From NCBI RefSeq assembly GCF_016127575.1, contig NZ_CP066018.1, positions 1,920,001-1,952,000 of the forward strand: a stretch of 32,000 nt of DNA, given 5' to 3'. This DNA is from Cupriavidus necator (GTDB lineage: Bacteria > Pseudomonadota > Gammaproteobacteria > Burkholderiales > Burkholderiaceae). Numbering within the stretch: position 1 is the first letter of the stretch; every line of letters starts with the position of its first letter. The notes under the pieces were generated by a model. The model was not told where the DNA came from. It did not search any database and worked only from the letters and a program-made list of their open reading frames with translations. The position numbers and the translations under genes were made by a program. Shown here in pieces: positions 15,457 to 23,659 of the stretch.

Positions 15457-16901
15457 GCGCGCGCCACCGGCTGGCCGGTGCCTGCCTGGCCGCAGCGCTG
15501 GGCGGCTGTGCCATCGGCCCCAACTATGAGCGCCCGGCCACGCCCGAGCCGGCGCAGTACCGCATCGATACCGGCGTGCTGTCGGTGGCCGCGGACAGCG
15601 CCTGGTGGGACAGCTTCGGCGACCCGGTGCTGAACACGCTGGTCGAGACGGCGCTGCGCAACAGCTACGACGTGCGCATCGCCGCGGCCCGCATCGATGA
15701 GTTCCGCGGCCAGCTGATGGTGGTGCGCTCGGGATTCTTCCCGCAGGTGAACCTGTCCGCGGCGGCAACGCGCCAGCGCGCCGGCACCTTCAACGGCACG
15801 CCGTTCGCGTCGCTCGATGGCCCGCGCAACTCGTACCAGCTGCTCGCCAATGCCAGCTGGGAGATCGACCTGTGGGGCCGCATCCGGCGCCAGGCGGAGT
15901 CCGCCGAGGCCAGCCTGTGGAACGCCGAGTACGCGCGCCGTGGCGTGGTGCTGTCACTGGCGGCATCGGTGGTGCAGGGCTACGCCACGCTGCGCGGGCT
16001 GGACGCGCAGCTGGAGATCGCGCAGCAGACGCTGAAGGCGCGCGGGGCTGGACTGGATATCTTCCGGCAGCGCTATGAGGGCGGGGTGATCTCGCAGGTT
16101 GAGCTGTCGCAGGCCGAGAACGATTTCTACGTGACCGAGGCGACGATCCCGGTGCTGCGCAGCGGCATCGCGCAGACCGAGAACGCGCTGTCGGTGCTGC
16201 TGGGCCGCGAGCCCGGGCCGATCGAGCGCGGCAAGCCGGTCAATGAACTGCAGCCGCCGCCGGTGGGTGCGGACCTGCCAGCCGCGCTGCTGTCGCGCCG
16301 GCCTGACGTGCTGCAGGCCGAGCAGTCCGCCATTGCCGCCAATGCGCAGCTGGGCGCCGCGCAAGCGTTGTACCTGCCGGCCGTCAACCTGAGCGGGCTG
16401 TTCGGCGCCATTGCCAGTTCGCCGGCCGGGTTGTGGCATAGTGCCTCGCAGGTGTGGGGCATCGGTGCCGGCCTGACCCAGCCGATCTTCCAGGGCGGCG
16501 CCATCCGCGGCCAGGTGCAGACCGCCTCGGCACAGCGCGAGCAGGCCATGCTGGCCTACCAGGGCACCGTGCTGTCGGCCCTGGCCGACGTCAACAGTGC
16601 ACTGTCCAACGGCATCGAGACCCGCAACCGCCTGGTCAGCCTGCGCCAGCAGGAGAAGAGCCTGGTGGTCTATGCCGACCAGTCGAGCGCGCGCTACGAG
16701 GGCGGCTATTCCAGCTACCTGGAGGTGACCACGGCACAGGAGAAGCTGTTCGCCGCGCAGCTGTCGGCGGTGCAGGGGCAGGTGGACGTGCTGACCGGCA
16801 CCGCGGCGTTGTACAAGTCGCTCGGCGGCGGCTGGCCGTCGGTGCCGCAGGACGTCAGGGAGGCGGGGATGCAGGGGGATGCGAAGGTGTTGAGGCGGTA
16901 G
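15453..16901 (+). CDS. NodT/OprM-family outer-membrane factor lipoprotein
   Basis: Lipobox LGGC followed by the GPNYERP motif. 482 aa. ATGA overlap with the pump gene. Confidence 0.9.
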   Translation: MSARHRLAGACLAAALGGCAIGPNYERPATPEPAQYRIDTGVLSVAADSAWWDSFGDPVLNTLVETALRNSYDVRIAAARIDEFRGQLMVVRSGFFPQVNLSAAATRQRAGTFNGTPFASLDGPRNSYQLLANASWEIDLWGRIRRQAESAEASLWNAEYARRGVVLSLAASVVQGYATLRGLDAQLEIAQQTLKARGAGLDIFRQRYEGGVISQVELSQAENDFYVTEATIPVLRSGIAQTENALSVLLGREPGPIERGKPVNELQPPPVGADLPAALLSRRPDVLQAEQSAIAANAQLGAAQALYLPAVNLSGLFGAIASSPAGLWHSASQVWGIGAGLTQPIFQGGAIRGQVQTASAQREQAMLAYQGTVLSALADVNSALSNGIETRNRLVSLRQQEKSLVVYADQSSARYEGGYSSYLEVTTAQEKLFAAQLSAVQGQVDVLTGTAALYKSLGGGWPSVPQDVREAGMQGDAKVLRR

Positions 16902-16976
16902 GACGAAGTGCTGGCGCAATTGCCAGGCGCTAGCGCACCGCGTGCGCCGGAATTCACTGCCACCTCTCGCGGACGC

Positions 16977-17102
16977 TCCCCTCTCCCGCGAAGTGGGAGA
17001 GGGGTGGGGGAGAGGGCCGGAGTGTCCACGAAGTGCAGCGCGTCGGTATGCCAGCGCCTGCCCTCACCCCCAGCCCCTCTCCCGCAAGCGGGAAAGGGAA
17101 GC
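16977..17102. repeat. Two REP-like palindromic elements in inverted orientation (BIME-like pair)
   Basis: Copy 1 (16977-17019): CCCCTCTCCC-gcgaagt-GGGAGAGGGG followed by tgggggagagggcc. Copy 2 (17061-17102): ccctcaccccca followed by CCCTCTCCCGC-aa-GCGGGAAAGGG. Copy 2 is the approximate reverse complement of copy 1. The pair sits between convergent gene ends. Confidence 0.7.
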
Positions 17103-17139
17103 AAACCGCAGGCGTTGAAATGCGCTCACGCCACTGACC

Positions 17140-18498
17140 TCACCGCGCCGACCACTCCCCCTGCCTGACCCCCAGCGCCGTGACCACCCCATAGGCCGTA
17201 ATCCCCAGCGCCACCCCCAGGAAGTGTCCGTCCAGCCCCATCCCGAACACATTGGCCAGCAGCCAGCCGCCGCCCACCGCCAGCGCGATCCGGCACAGCC
17301 CTGCGGCCACCGGCCAGCGCATGCGGCCCGCGCCCATCGAGGCAAAGTACAGCGCCATGCCCAGGCCGAAGCTGCCGAAGGCCGGCCCTACCCATGACAG
17401 CGCGCGCGCGGCGATGGCGATCACTTCGGGGTCATGGGTGAACAGGCTGGCAAAGCGCACCGGCGCCAGGCCCACGGCAATGCCGGCGGTGCCGGCGATG
17501 GCCAGCGCCAGGAACGCGCCGACCCATGCCGTGCGGCGCGCGGTATGCCAGTCGCCGGCGCCCACGGCGCGGCCGACCAGTGCGGTCAGCGCCGAGCCCA
17601 CGCCAAAGGCCAGCGGGATCATCAGGAATTCCAGCCGCGCCGAGATGCCATAGGCCGCCACCGCCGCGGTGCCATGGTGGCGCAGCTGCGCGGTGACCAG
17701 GATGGTGGTCAGGTTGGCCACCGAGGCCAGCGCGCACGCCACCAGGCCCACCGACAGGATGCGCGCGAACAGCTCCCACGACGGCCGCACCCGCAGCACC
17801 GGCACGAAGCCCGCGCCGCCGCGCGCCACCACGATCGCCATCGCCAGCGCCGCGGCCCACGACACCGCCGCCAGCGCGGCGCCGATGCCGGCCAGCCCCA
17901 TGCCGGCAGGCTCGGCCAGCAGCCACGACAGTGCGGGGAAAGCGACCCACATCAGCGCCAGCACGCGTGCGGCCAGCGCATGGCGGCCGCCGCCGCGCAG
18001 CACCGAGGCCAGCGTATTGGCCAGCCACGCCGGAATGGCGCCGACACCGAACAGCCAGATCGCATAGCTGGCAGCGGCCTCCGCCGCCGTGGCGCCGGCC
18101 ACCGCGCCCAGCACGCCGCGCGGGAAGCCCGCCAGCACCACCGCAAAGGCCAGCCCGGCGGTCACTGCGATCAGCAGCGCGTGCATGACCAGCGAAGACG
18201 CTTCCTCGCGCTTGTTGGCGCCAAGCGCGCGGGCGATGGCCGCGACCACGCCGCCGCCCATCGCTCCGGTCGACATCTGCTGCAGTAGCAGCGCAAACGG
18301 CAGCACCACCGCCCAGCCGGCCAGCGCCGCCGTGCCCTGGCGCGCGGCCAGCCAGGTTTCGATCAACTGGGCCACGGCCTGCAGCACGGCGATCAGCGCG
18401 GTCGGTCCGGCCAGCTTGCCGATGCGGCGCGCAATTTCAGTGGCCGGTACCGCCTCGGCGGGCAGGGCGCCCGCGGGCAATGTGCGCGTGTCAGTCAT
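17140..18498 (-). CDS. MATE-family efflux transporter
   Basis: 452-aa polytopic protein from MTDTRTLPAG.... Two-fold 6+6 TM layout with MATE-like loops (ARALGANKREEASSLVMHAL; GRAVGAGDWHTARRTAW). The start ATG at 18498 overlaps the stop of the upstream HxlR gene (ATGACTGA). The track extension to 18642 is rejected. Confidence 0.8.
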   Translation of the reverse strand: MTDTRTLPAGALPAEAVPATEIARRIGKLAGPTALIAVLQAVAQLIETWLAARQGTAALAGWAVVLPFALLLQQMSTGAMGGGVVAAIARALGANKREEASSLVMHALLIAVTAGLAFAVVLAGFPRGVLGAVAGATAAEAAASYAIWLFGVGAIPAWLANTLASVLRGGGRHALAARVLALMWVAFPALSWLLAEPAGMGLAGIGAALAAVSWAAALAMAIVVARGGAGFVPVLRVRPSWELFARILSVGLVACALASVANLTTILVTAQLRHHGTAAVAAYGISARLEFLMIPLAFGVGSALTALVGRAVGAGDWHTARRTAWVGAFLALAIAGTAGIAVGLAPVRFASLFTHDPEVIAIAARALSWVGPAFGSFGLGMALYFASMGAGRMRWPVAAGLCRIALAVGGGWLLANVFGMGLDGHFLGVALGITAYGVVTALGVRQGEWSAR

Positions 18499-19006
18499 GG
18501 CGGGCCTCCCCTGGCTCGCCAACGGTCCCGGCCTCGCCAAAGCGCTGCCGCAGGAAGCGGCCGGCACCGGGGCCGGGCAGGACACGCAAATCGTCCAGCG
18601 TGATCGCGCTGCCGTCGGCGCGCGCCAGCGCCGGCTCGGCAATCTCGGCGCCGGTGCGGCGGTCCTGCAGCAGCGTCAGCGGACCCTTTTCGTCGGTCAT
18701 CCAGCGGTCGGCCCAGGCCTTGAGCGCGACATAGGCCGGGAAGAAGTCGCGGCCCTTGTCGGTCAGCTGGTAGACGTGGCGAGCGCCGCCCTCGGGCGTT
18801 ACGCGGGCCAGCAGCCCGTGCGCCACCAGCGTCTTCAGGCGCGCGCTGAGGATGTTGGGGGCGATGCCCAGGTTGCGTTCGAACTCGTCGAAGCGCGTGC
18901 TGCCGTAGAAGGCCTCGCGCAGCACAAGGATGGCCCAGCGTTCGCCCAGCACGGCCATGGAGCGGGCCACGGGGCAGGGCATCGAGGTGAAATCGGTAGG
19001 GGGCAT
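18491..19006 (-). CDS. HxlR-family winged-helix transcriptional regulator
   Basis: CPVARSMAVLGERWAILVLREAFYGSTRFDEFERNLGIAPNILSARLKTLVAHGLLAR is the HxlR/DUF24 signature. 171 aa with a C-terminal extension. Confidence 0.9.
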   Translation of the reverse strand: MPPTDFTSMPCPVARSMAVLGERWAILVLREAFYGSTRFDEFERNLGIAPNILSARLKTLVAHGLLARVTPEGGARHVYQLTDKGRDFFPAYVALKAWADRWMTDEKGPLTLLQDRRTGAEIAEPALARADGSAITLDDLRVLPGPGAGRFLRQRFGEAGTVGEPGEARHD

Positions 19007-19031
19007 GGTCTCCGCCGTTCTGGTCCTGTCG

Positions 19032-19089
19032 ACTTGCTTGCAAAGTGCAAGTTTTCTGGAGCATAGCTTGCAAAACGAAAGTTTGCAGG
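19032..19089. promoter_or_regulatory. Two TTGCAA-containing inverted repeats upstream of the HxlR-MATE operon (candidate operators)
   Basis: ACTTGC-ttgcaaagt-GCAAGT (19032-19052) and CTTGCAAA-acgaaag-TTTGCAGG (19067-19089), read directly in the 137-nt region upstream of start 19006. Confidence 0.4.
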
Positions 19090-19143
19090 GCTGGTTGCGA
19101 CCCTGAGTCCGGAAAGCGTTCGTTCACCGGCCAGCGGTGCCGG

Positions 19144-20058
19144 CTACGCCACCGCGTCGCGGAACACTTCAAGCTTGTCCAGTTCCTCTCGCAGGAACCC
19201 GATCAGCGCGCGGGTGGCCATCGACGGGTGCAGGTTAGGCGTGGTGATGATGAAGAGCTTGTTGCCCAGCCCCTCCGGGCGCCAGTCGGGCAGCACCGGC
19301 ACCAGCCGGCCGGCGCGCACTTCCTCCCAGCCGATGTAGACCGGCAGCATGCCGATGCCGAGGCCCTCGCGCACGGCGCGCGCCAGGAACAGGAAGTTTT
19401 CCGACTGAAGCTTTGGCGTCAGCGCCACGTCCACGCGCTGGCTGTCGCGGTACAGCGACAGCGGGAACTGGCGCGGCGGGTATGGCGGGCACAGGAAGTT
19501 GCAGCCGGTCAGGTCGGGCGGCGCTTGTACTGGCGGGATGTCTGCGAGGTACTCCGGCGATGCATACAGTTGCCACCGGATGTCGCAGATTTCACGCGCC
19601 ACGTGATCCAGCGGCGGCGCCGAGGTGACCTTCAGCGCGACATCGATCTCGGCCGCGATCAGGTCGTTGACGCGGTTGGCGAAGAACACGCGCAGCGTGA
19701 TGCCGGGGTGCTTCCGCGCAAACTGCAGCAGCAGCGGCGCGATATAGGCATCGCCCAGCCCGGTGGGCACGCTCACGCGCACATGGCCGCGCAGGGTCCG
19801 GCCCAGGCTGTCGATCTCGGCCTGCGCCGAGGCCACTTCCTGCAGGATGCGCACGCCATGCTGGTACAGCGCATGGCCGGGCCCGGTCAGTTCCAGCCGG
19901 CGCGTGGTCCGGCGCAGCAGTTGGGCGCCGGCCTGGTGCTCCAGCTCACGCAGCTGGCGGCTGACCTGCGAGCGCGTCACGCCGCGGCGCCGGCCGGCTT
20001 CGGCCAGGTTGCCCGCATCGACGATGTCGACGAAGGCCTGGATCAGGTTGAGGTCCAT
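19144..20058 (-). CDS. LysR-family transcriptional regulator
   Basis: MDLNLIQAFVDIVDAGNLAEAGRRRGVTRSQVSRQLRELE is the LysR HTH, followed by a substrate-binding domain. 304 aa from the internal ATG 20058. Divergent from the acyl-CoA ligase gene. Confidence 0.9.
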   Translation of the reverse strand: MDLNLIQAFVDIVDAGNLAEAGRRRGVTRSQVSRQLRELEHQAGAQLLRRTTRRLELTGPGHALYQHGVRILQEVASAQAEIDSLGRTLRGHVRVSVPTGLGDAYIAPLLLQFARKHPGITLRVFFANRVNDLIAAEIDVALKVTSAPPLDHVAREICDIRWQLYASPEYLADIPPVQAPPDLTGCNFLCPPYPPRQFPLSLYRDSQRVDVALTPKLQSENFLFLARAVREGLGIGMLPVYIGWEEVRAGRLVPVLPDWRPEGLGNKLFIITTPNLHPSMATRALIGFLREELDKLEVFRDAVA

Positions 20059-20185
20059 CGGGGATTGCCTGCAGGATTGTCGCGTCTGGTGCAACATTGT
20101 GATTCCGATGCACCTGATTGTCGATCCACGGCTACGCCGATACAGTGGTCGGCTGACAGAACGGATCGCATACAGGAGACGACGG

Positions 20186-21679
20186 ATGGCCACGGACCTC
20201 TGGTTTGAAGACATGCACCGCAGCGGCGAAGAATTGCTGGCGCGCGGCGCCCGCCTGGCCGGCGGCCTGCGCGCGCTGGGCGTGCAGGAGGGCGACGTGG
20301 TCGCCGTGCTGCTGCGTAACGATCCGGCCTATGCCGACGTGGTCCATGCCTGCCGTACCGCGGGCTGCTACTACTGCCCGATCAACTGGCACTTCACCGC
20401 CGAGGAAGTGCGCTTCCTGCTGACCGACAGCGGCGCCAGGGTGCTGCTGGTGCAGGCCGACCTGCTGCCCGCCGTGCGCGACGCCGTTCCGGCCGGCATG
20501 ACGGTGCTGTCGGTGGGCGGCCCCGCCCAAGGCGCCATCGACTATGAAAGCTGGCTGGCGCAGCAGCCGGCCTACGACGGCCCGCGCGTGGCGCCGCGCG
20601 GCCATATGGCCTACACCTCCGGCACCACCGGCCGGCCCAAGGGCGTGGTGCGCCAGCCGCTGCCGCTGGACCGGCTGGAGGAACAGTTCGCGCGCATGCG
20701 CTCGGTGGTGAGGCAGACCTACGGCATCGAGCCGGGCTGCCGCACGCTGATGTCGGCGCCGCTGTATCACAGCGCGCCGGGCTCGTTTATCCAGAACGCG
20801 CTGCAGATGGCCGAACGCCTGGTGCTCACGTCGCGCTTTGATGCCGAGCAGGTGCTGGCGCTGGTGGAAAAGCACCGCATCGACGTGCTCTACCTGGTGC
20901 CGATCATGTACGTGCGCCTGCTCAAGCTGCCGCCCGAGGTGCGCGCCAGGTACGACCTGTCTTCGATCCGCTTCGTCGCCTCCACCGGCTCGCCGTGCTC
21001 GCCCGAAGTAAAGCGCGCGATGCTGGAATGGCTGGGCCCGGTCATCCACGAAACCTACGCCTCCAGCGAAGCCGGCATGATCACCGTGGCCACGCCGGCC
21101 GATGCCGCCGCGCGCCCGGGGACCGCCGGCAAACCGGTCGATGACGCGCAGCTGCGCATCCTCGACGAGAACGGCCGCCAGTGCGCGCCGGGCGAGATCG
21201 GCCTGGTCTACGTGCGCCAGCCGGCTTACCCCGACTTCAGCTACCGCAACAATGATGCCGCGCGCGCCGCCATCGACCGAGACGGGCTGGTGACGCTGGG
21301 TGACATGGGCTATGTCGATGCCGACGGCTACCTGTTTATCTGCGACCGCGCATCGGACATGGTGATCTCCGGCGGCGTGAACATCTACCCGGCCGAGATC
21401 GAGCATGAGCTGGTGCGCTACCCCGGCGTGGCCGACTGCGTGGTGTTCGGCATCCCCGACGACGAGTACGGCGAGCGCCTGCTGGGCATGGTGCAGCCGA
21501 TGCCAGGCGTGGAGATCCGCGAGGCCGAGGTGATCGACTGGCTGCGCCAGCGGCTGTCCGGCTTCAAGGTGCCGCGCAGCATCGTGGTCGAGACGCAGCT
21601 GCCGCGCGATGAAACCGGCAAGCTCGCCAAGCGCCGGCTGCGTGACCGATACTGGGAAGGCCGCCAGCGCCGCGTCTGA
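20186..21679 (+). CDS. AMP-dependent acyl-CoA synthetase/ligase
   Basis: AGGAGA RBS. AYTSGTTGRPKGV AMP-binding motif, plus GDMGYVDADGYLFICDRASDMVISGGVNIYPAEIE and a C-terminal GKLAKRRL. 497 aa. Confidence 0.9.
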   Translation: MATDLWFEDMHRSGEELLARGARLAGGLRALGVQEGDVVAVLLRNDPAYADVVHACRTAGCYYCPINWHFTAEEVRFLLTDSGARVLLVQADLLPAVRDAVPAGMTVLSVGGPAQGAIDYESWLAQQPAYDGPRVAPRGHMAYTSGTTGRPKGVVRQPLPLDRLEEQFARMRSVVRQTYGIEPGCRTLMSAPLYHSAPGSFIQNALQMAERLVLTSRFDAEQVLALVEKHRIDVLYLVPIMYVRLLKLPPEVRARYDLSSIRFVASTGSPCSPEVKRAMLEWLGPVIHETYASSEAGMITVATPADAAARPGTAGKPVDDAQLRILDENGRQCAPGEIGLVYVRQPAYPDFSYRNNDAARAAIDRDGLVTLGDMGYVDADGYLFICDRASDMVISGGVNIYPAEIEHELVRYPGVADCVVFGIPDDEYGERLLGMVQPMPGVEIREAEVIDWLRQRLSGFKVPRSIVVETQLPRDETGKLAKRRLRDRYWEGRQRRV

Positions 21680-21731
21680 GCGCGTGCCCGGCCTGGATCG
21701 ATCACGACCGATAACAACAGGAGGAGACGCG

Positions 21732-22730
21732 ATGCAGAACAAACCAAGCGGACGGCGCGCCTGGCTCGCCGCGATGGCAGCCGGCGCGGGGTGCGCGCTG
21801 GCCATGTGGGGCGGAGCCGCGCAGGCCGCCTATCCCGATCGCCCGATCAAGCTGGTGGTGCCCTACACCCCCGGCGGCTCGACCGACCAGTTCGGCCGCG
21901 CGCTGGCCGACGGCATGTCGCGCCAGCTGGGCCAGACCGTGGTGGTGGAAAACCGCCCGGGCGCGGCCACCATGATCGGCACCACCAGCGTGGCGCGTGC
22001 GCCGGCAGACGGTTACACCATGGTGCTGGCCACCAACGGCAGCATGGTGCTCAACCCGATGCTGTACAAGAAGATCAACTACGATCCGCCCAAGGATTTC
22101 AAGATCTTCAGCATCGGCGCCGAGGTGCCGCTGGTGGTGGTGACCAACAGCAAGGTGCCGGCCAGCAATATCCGCGAGTTCGCGGCCTACGCCAAGGCCG
22201 CGGGCGGCAAGCTCAACTATGGCTCGGTCGGCCTGGGCAACGCGCTCCAGCTGGCCACCGAAATGCTCAAGACCGAGCTGGGCATCAGCGTCACCCACGT
22301 GCCCTACAACGGCAGCGCCCCGGCGCTGTCGGCGCTGCTGGCCAACGACGTGCAACTGATGGTGGATGTGGTCAGCACCTCGCTGCCGCATATCAAGGCA
22401 GGCAAGCTCAAGGCGCTGGCGGTCACCGGCCGCACCCGGCTGGACGTGCTGCCCGACGTGCCGACCGTGGCGGAAGGCGGCTATCCCAACTTCCAGGCCG
22501 CCACCTGGTTCGGCCTGGCCGTGCCCGCGCAGACGCCGCCCGATGCGGTGGCCAGGCTGCAGGCCGCCGCTGCCCACGTGCTCAAGGACGCGCAGTTCCG
22601 TTCCACCTTCAGCGCGCTGGGACTGGTCGTGCAGGCGCCGCGCACGCAGGCCGAGATCGACCGCTATATCGAAGCCGACCGCGAGCACTGGGGCAAGGTG
22701 ATCAAGGCCAATAACATTTCGTTGGACTGA
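21732..22730 (+). CDS. Bug-family (TctC-like) periplasmic solute-binding receptor
   Basis: Signal peptide, then AYPDRPIKLVVPYTPGGSTDQFGRALA...VVVENRPGAATMIG, the Bug/TctC hallmark. GGAGGAGA RBS. Confidence 0.9.
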   Translation: MQNKPSGRRAWLAAMAAGAGCALAMWGGAAQAAYPDRPIKLVVPYTPGGSTDQFGRALADGMSRQLGQTVVVENRPGAATMIGTTSVARAPADGYTMVLATNGSMVLNPMLYKKINYDPPKDFKIFSIGAEVPLVVVTNSKVPASNIREFAAYAKAAGGKLNYGSVGLGNALQLATEMLKTELGISVTHVPYNGSAPALSALLANDVQLMVDVVSTSLPHIKAGKLKALAVTGRTRLDVLPDVPTVAEGGYPNFQAATWFGLAVPAQTPPDAVARLQAAAAHVLKDAQFRSTFSALGLVVQAPRTQAEIDRYIEADREHWGKVIKANNISLD

Positions 22731-22884
22731 CTGGAAGTGCGGGAGCCGCCAGGGCCATGGGGTAAGCTACTGCTCGCCCCTGGCCTGGCAGGCCGCCGGT
22801 GACTTTCCCGTCACCGCCCGCGCCAAGCAGGAACAACCCGGCCGGGGCGGGCTCCAACCCGGAGCCGTTCATCAGGAGTCCGAT

Positions 22885-23619
22885 TTGAAATTCCCCGTTG
22901 CCGGGCTGGCGCTTGCCGGCCTGCTGGGCGCCGCTGCCGGCGCCATTGCCGCCCCCGCTTCCGCCCCTGCCGCCAAACCAGCCCCCGCACCGGCCAAGGC
23001 CCAGGCCAAGGCCGAGAACAGCGCGCTGTCGCCGCTGCTGGCCATGCTGGAAATCGGCAACCCGCTGCCGGCCTTGCCGGATTGCGCCGACAAGCGCACG
23101 CCCGATGGCCGCGATGTCACCGGATTCTGTGTCGAACTGAAGGGCGATGGCCTGATGCGCCAGGTCGGCGTGCCGCGCGCGCAGCGCCCGTCCTTCATGG
23201 ACGGCCCCTTTGTGCTGGCCTTTGTCGACCGCAACGCGCTGGTCGGCCTGGTGGTCCCGACCGCCGGCGCCAACTCGCAGCAGGCCGCGGCCGACAGCGT
23301 CAGCGCGCTGTACGGCAAGCCGTTCCGGCAGGAGCAGGTCGACATGCCCGACAAGGCTGGCAAGAGCATCAAGACGCTGCATGCCGGCTGGATGCACAAG
23401 CCGCTGACGGTTGAGCTCTACGCCATGCCGGAAGACCCCAACACCGGCACCATCGAAATGCTGCTGCCGCAGGCGCGCGTGCTGATGGCGGACAAGGATG
23501 CCGAGGTGGACAAGCAGCTCAATCCGGCCTCGGCGCCCGCGGCCAAGGGCGGCAAGGCAGCCGCCTCCAAGCCCGCGCCAAAGCCAGCCGCCAAGCCGGA
23601 GAAGCCTGGCAGCTGGTAA
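22885..23619 (+). CDS. Secreted hypothetical protein with Ala/Pro/Lys-rich N- and C-terminal tails
   Basis: TTG start 6 nt after AGGAG. Signal peptide MKFPVAGLALAGLLGAAAGAIA/AP. Globular core with two Cys (PDCADK...GFCVEL). Tail AKGGKAAASKPAPKPAAKPEKPGSW. I recognise no family. Confidence 0.65.
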   Translation: MKFPVAGLALAGLLGAAAGAIAAPASAPAAKPAPAPAKAQAKAENSALSPLLAMLEIGNPLPALPDCADKRTPDGRDVTGFCVELKGDGLMRQVGVPRAQRPSFMDGPFVLAFVDRNALVGLVVPTAGANSQQAAADSVSALYGKPFRQEQVDMPDKAGKSIKTLHAGWMHKPLTVELYAMPEDPNTGTIEMLLPQARVLMADKDAEVDKQLNPASAPAAKGGKAAASKPAPKPAAKPEKPGSW

Positions 23620-23626
23620 CACTCCG

Positions 23627-23651
23627 CAGCAGGCGGCCTGCCCGCCTGCTG
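23627..23651. terminator. Hairpin between convergent genes (10-bp perfect stem, 5-nt loop)
   Basis: CAGCAGGCGG-cctgc-CCGCCTGCTG fills most of the 40-nt gap between stops 23619 and 23660. No U-tract. Confidence 0.5.
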
Positions 23652-23659
23652 ACCTGGCC

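Noticed and set aside
16908-17168. 86-aa ORF spanning the REP pair (and minus-strand ORFs 16715..17104, 17064..17345)
   Set aside because: Their sequence is simply the translated palindromes (SPLPRSGRGVGER / LSRLRERGWG). This is typical of REP-derived pseudo-ORFs.
17434-20208. Series of + strand ORFs (17434..18288, 18089..19066, 19045..20208) opposite the MATE, HxlR and LysR genes
   Set aside because: All are antisense to genes with clear family signatures. They are Arg/Gly/His/Gln-rich and have no motifs.
20132-22688. Minus-strand ORFs 20132..21805 and 21702..22688 opposite the acyl-CoA ligase and Bug receptor
   Set aside because: Same antisense high-GC artefact.
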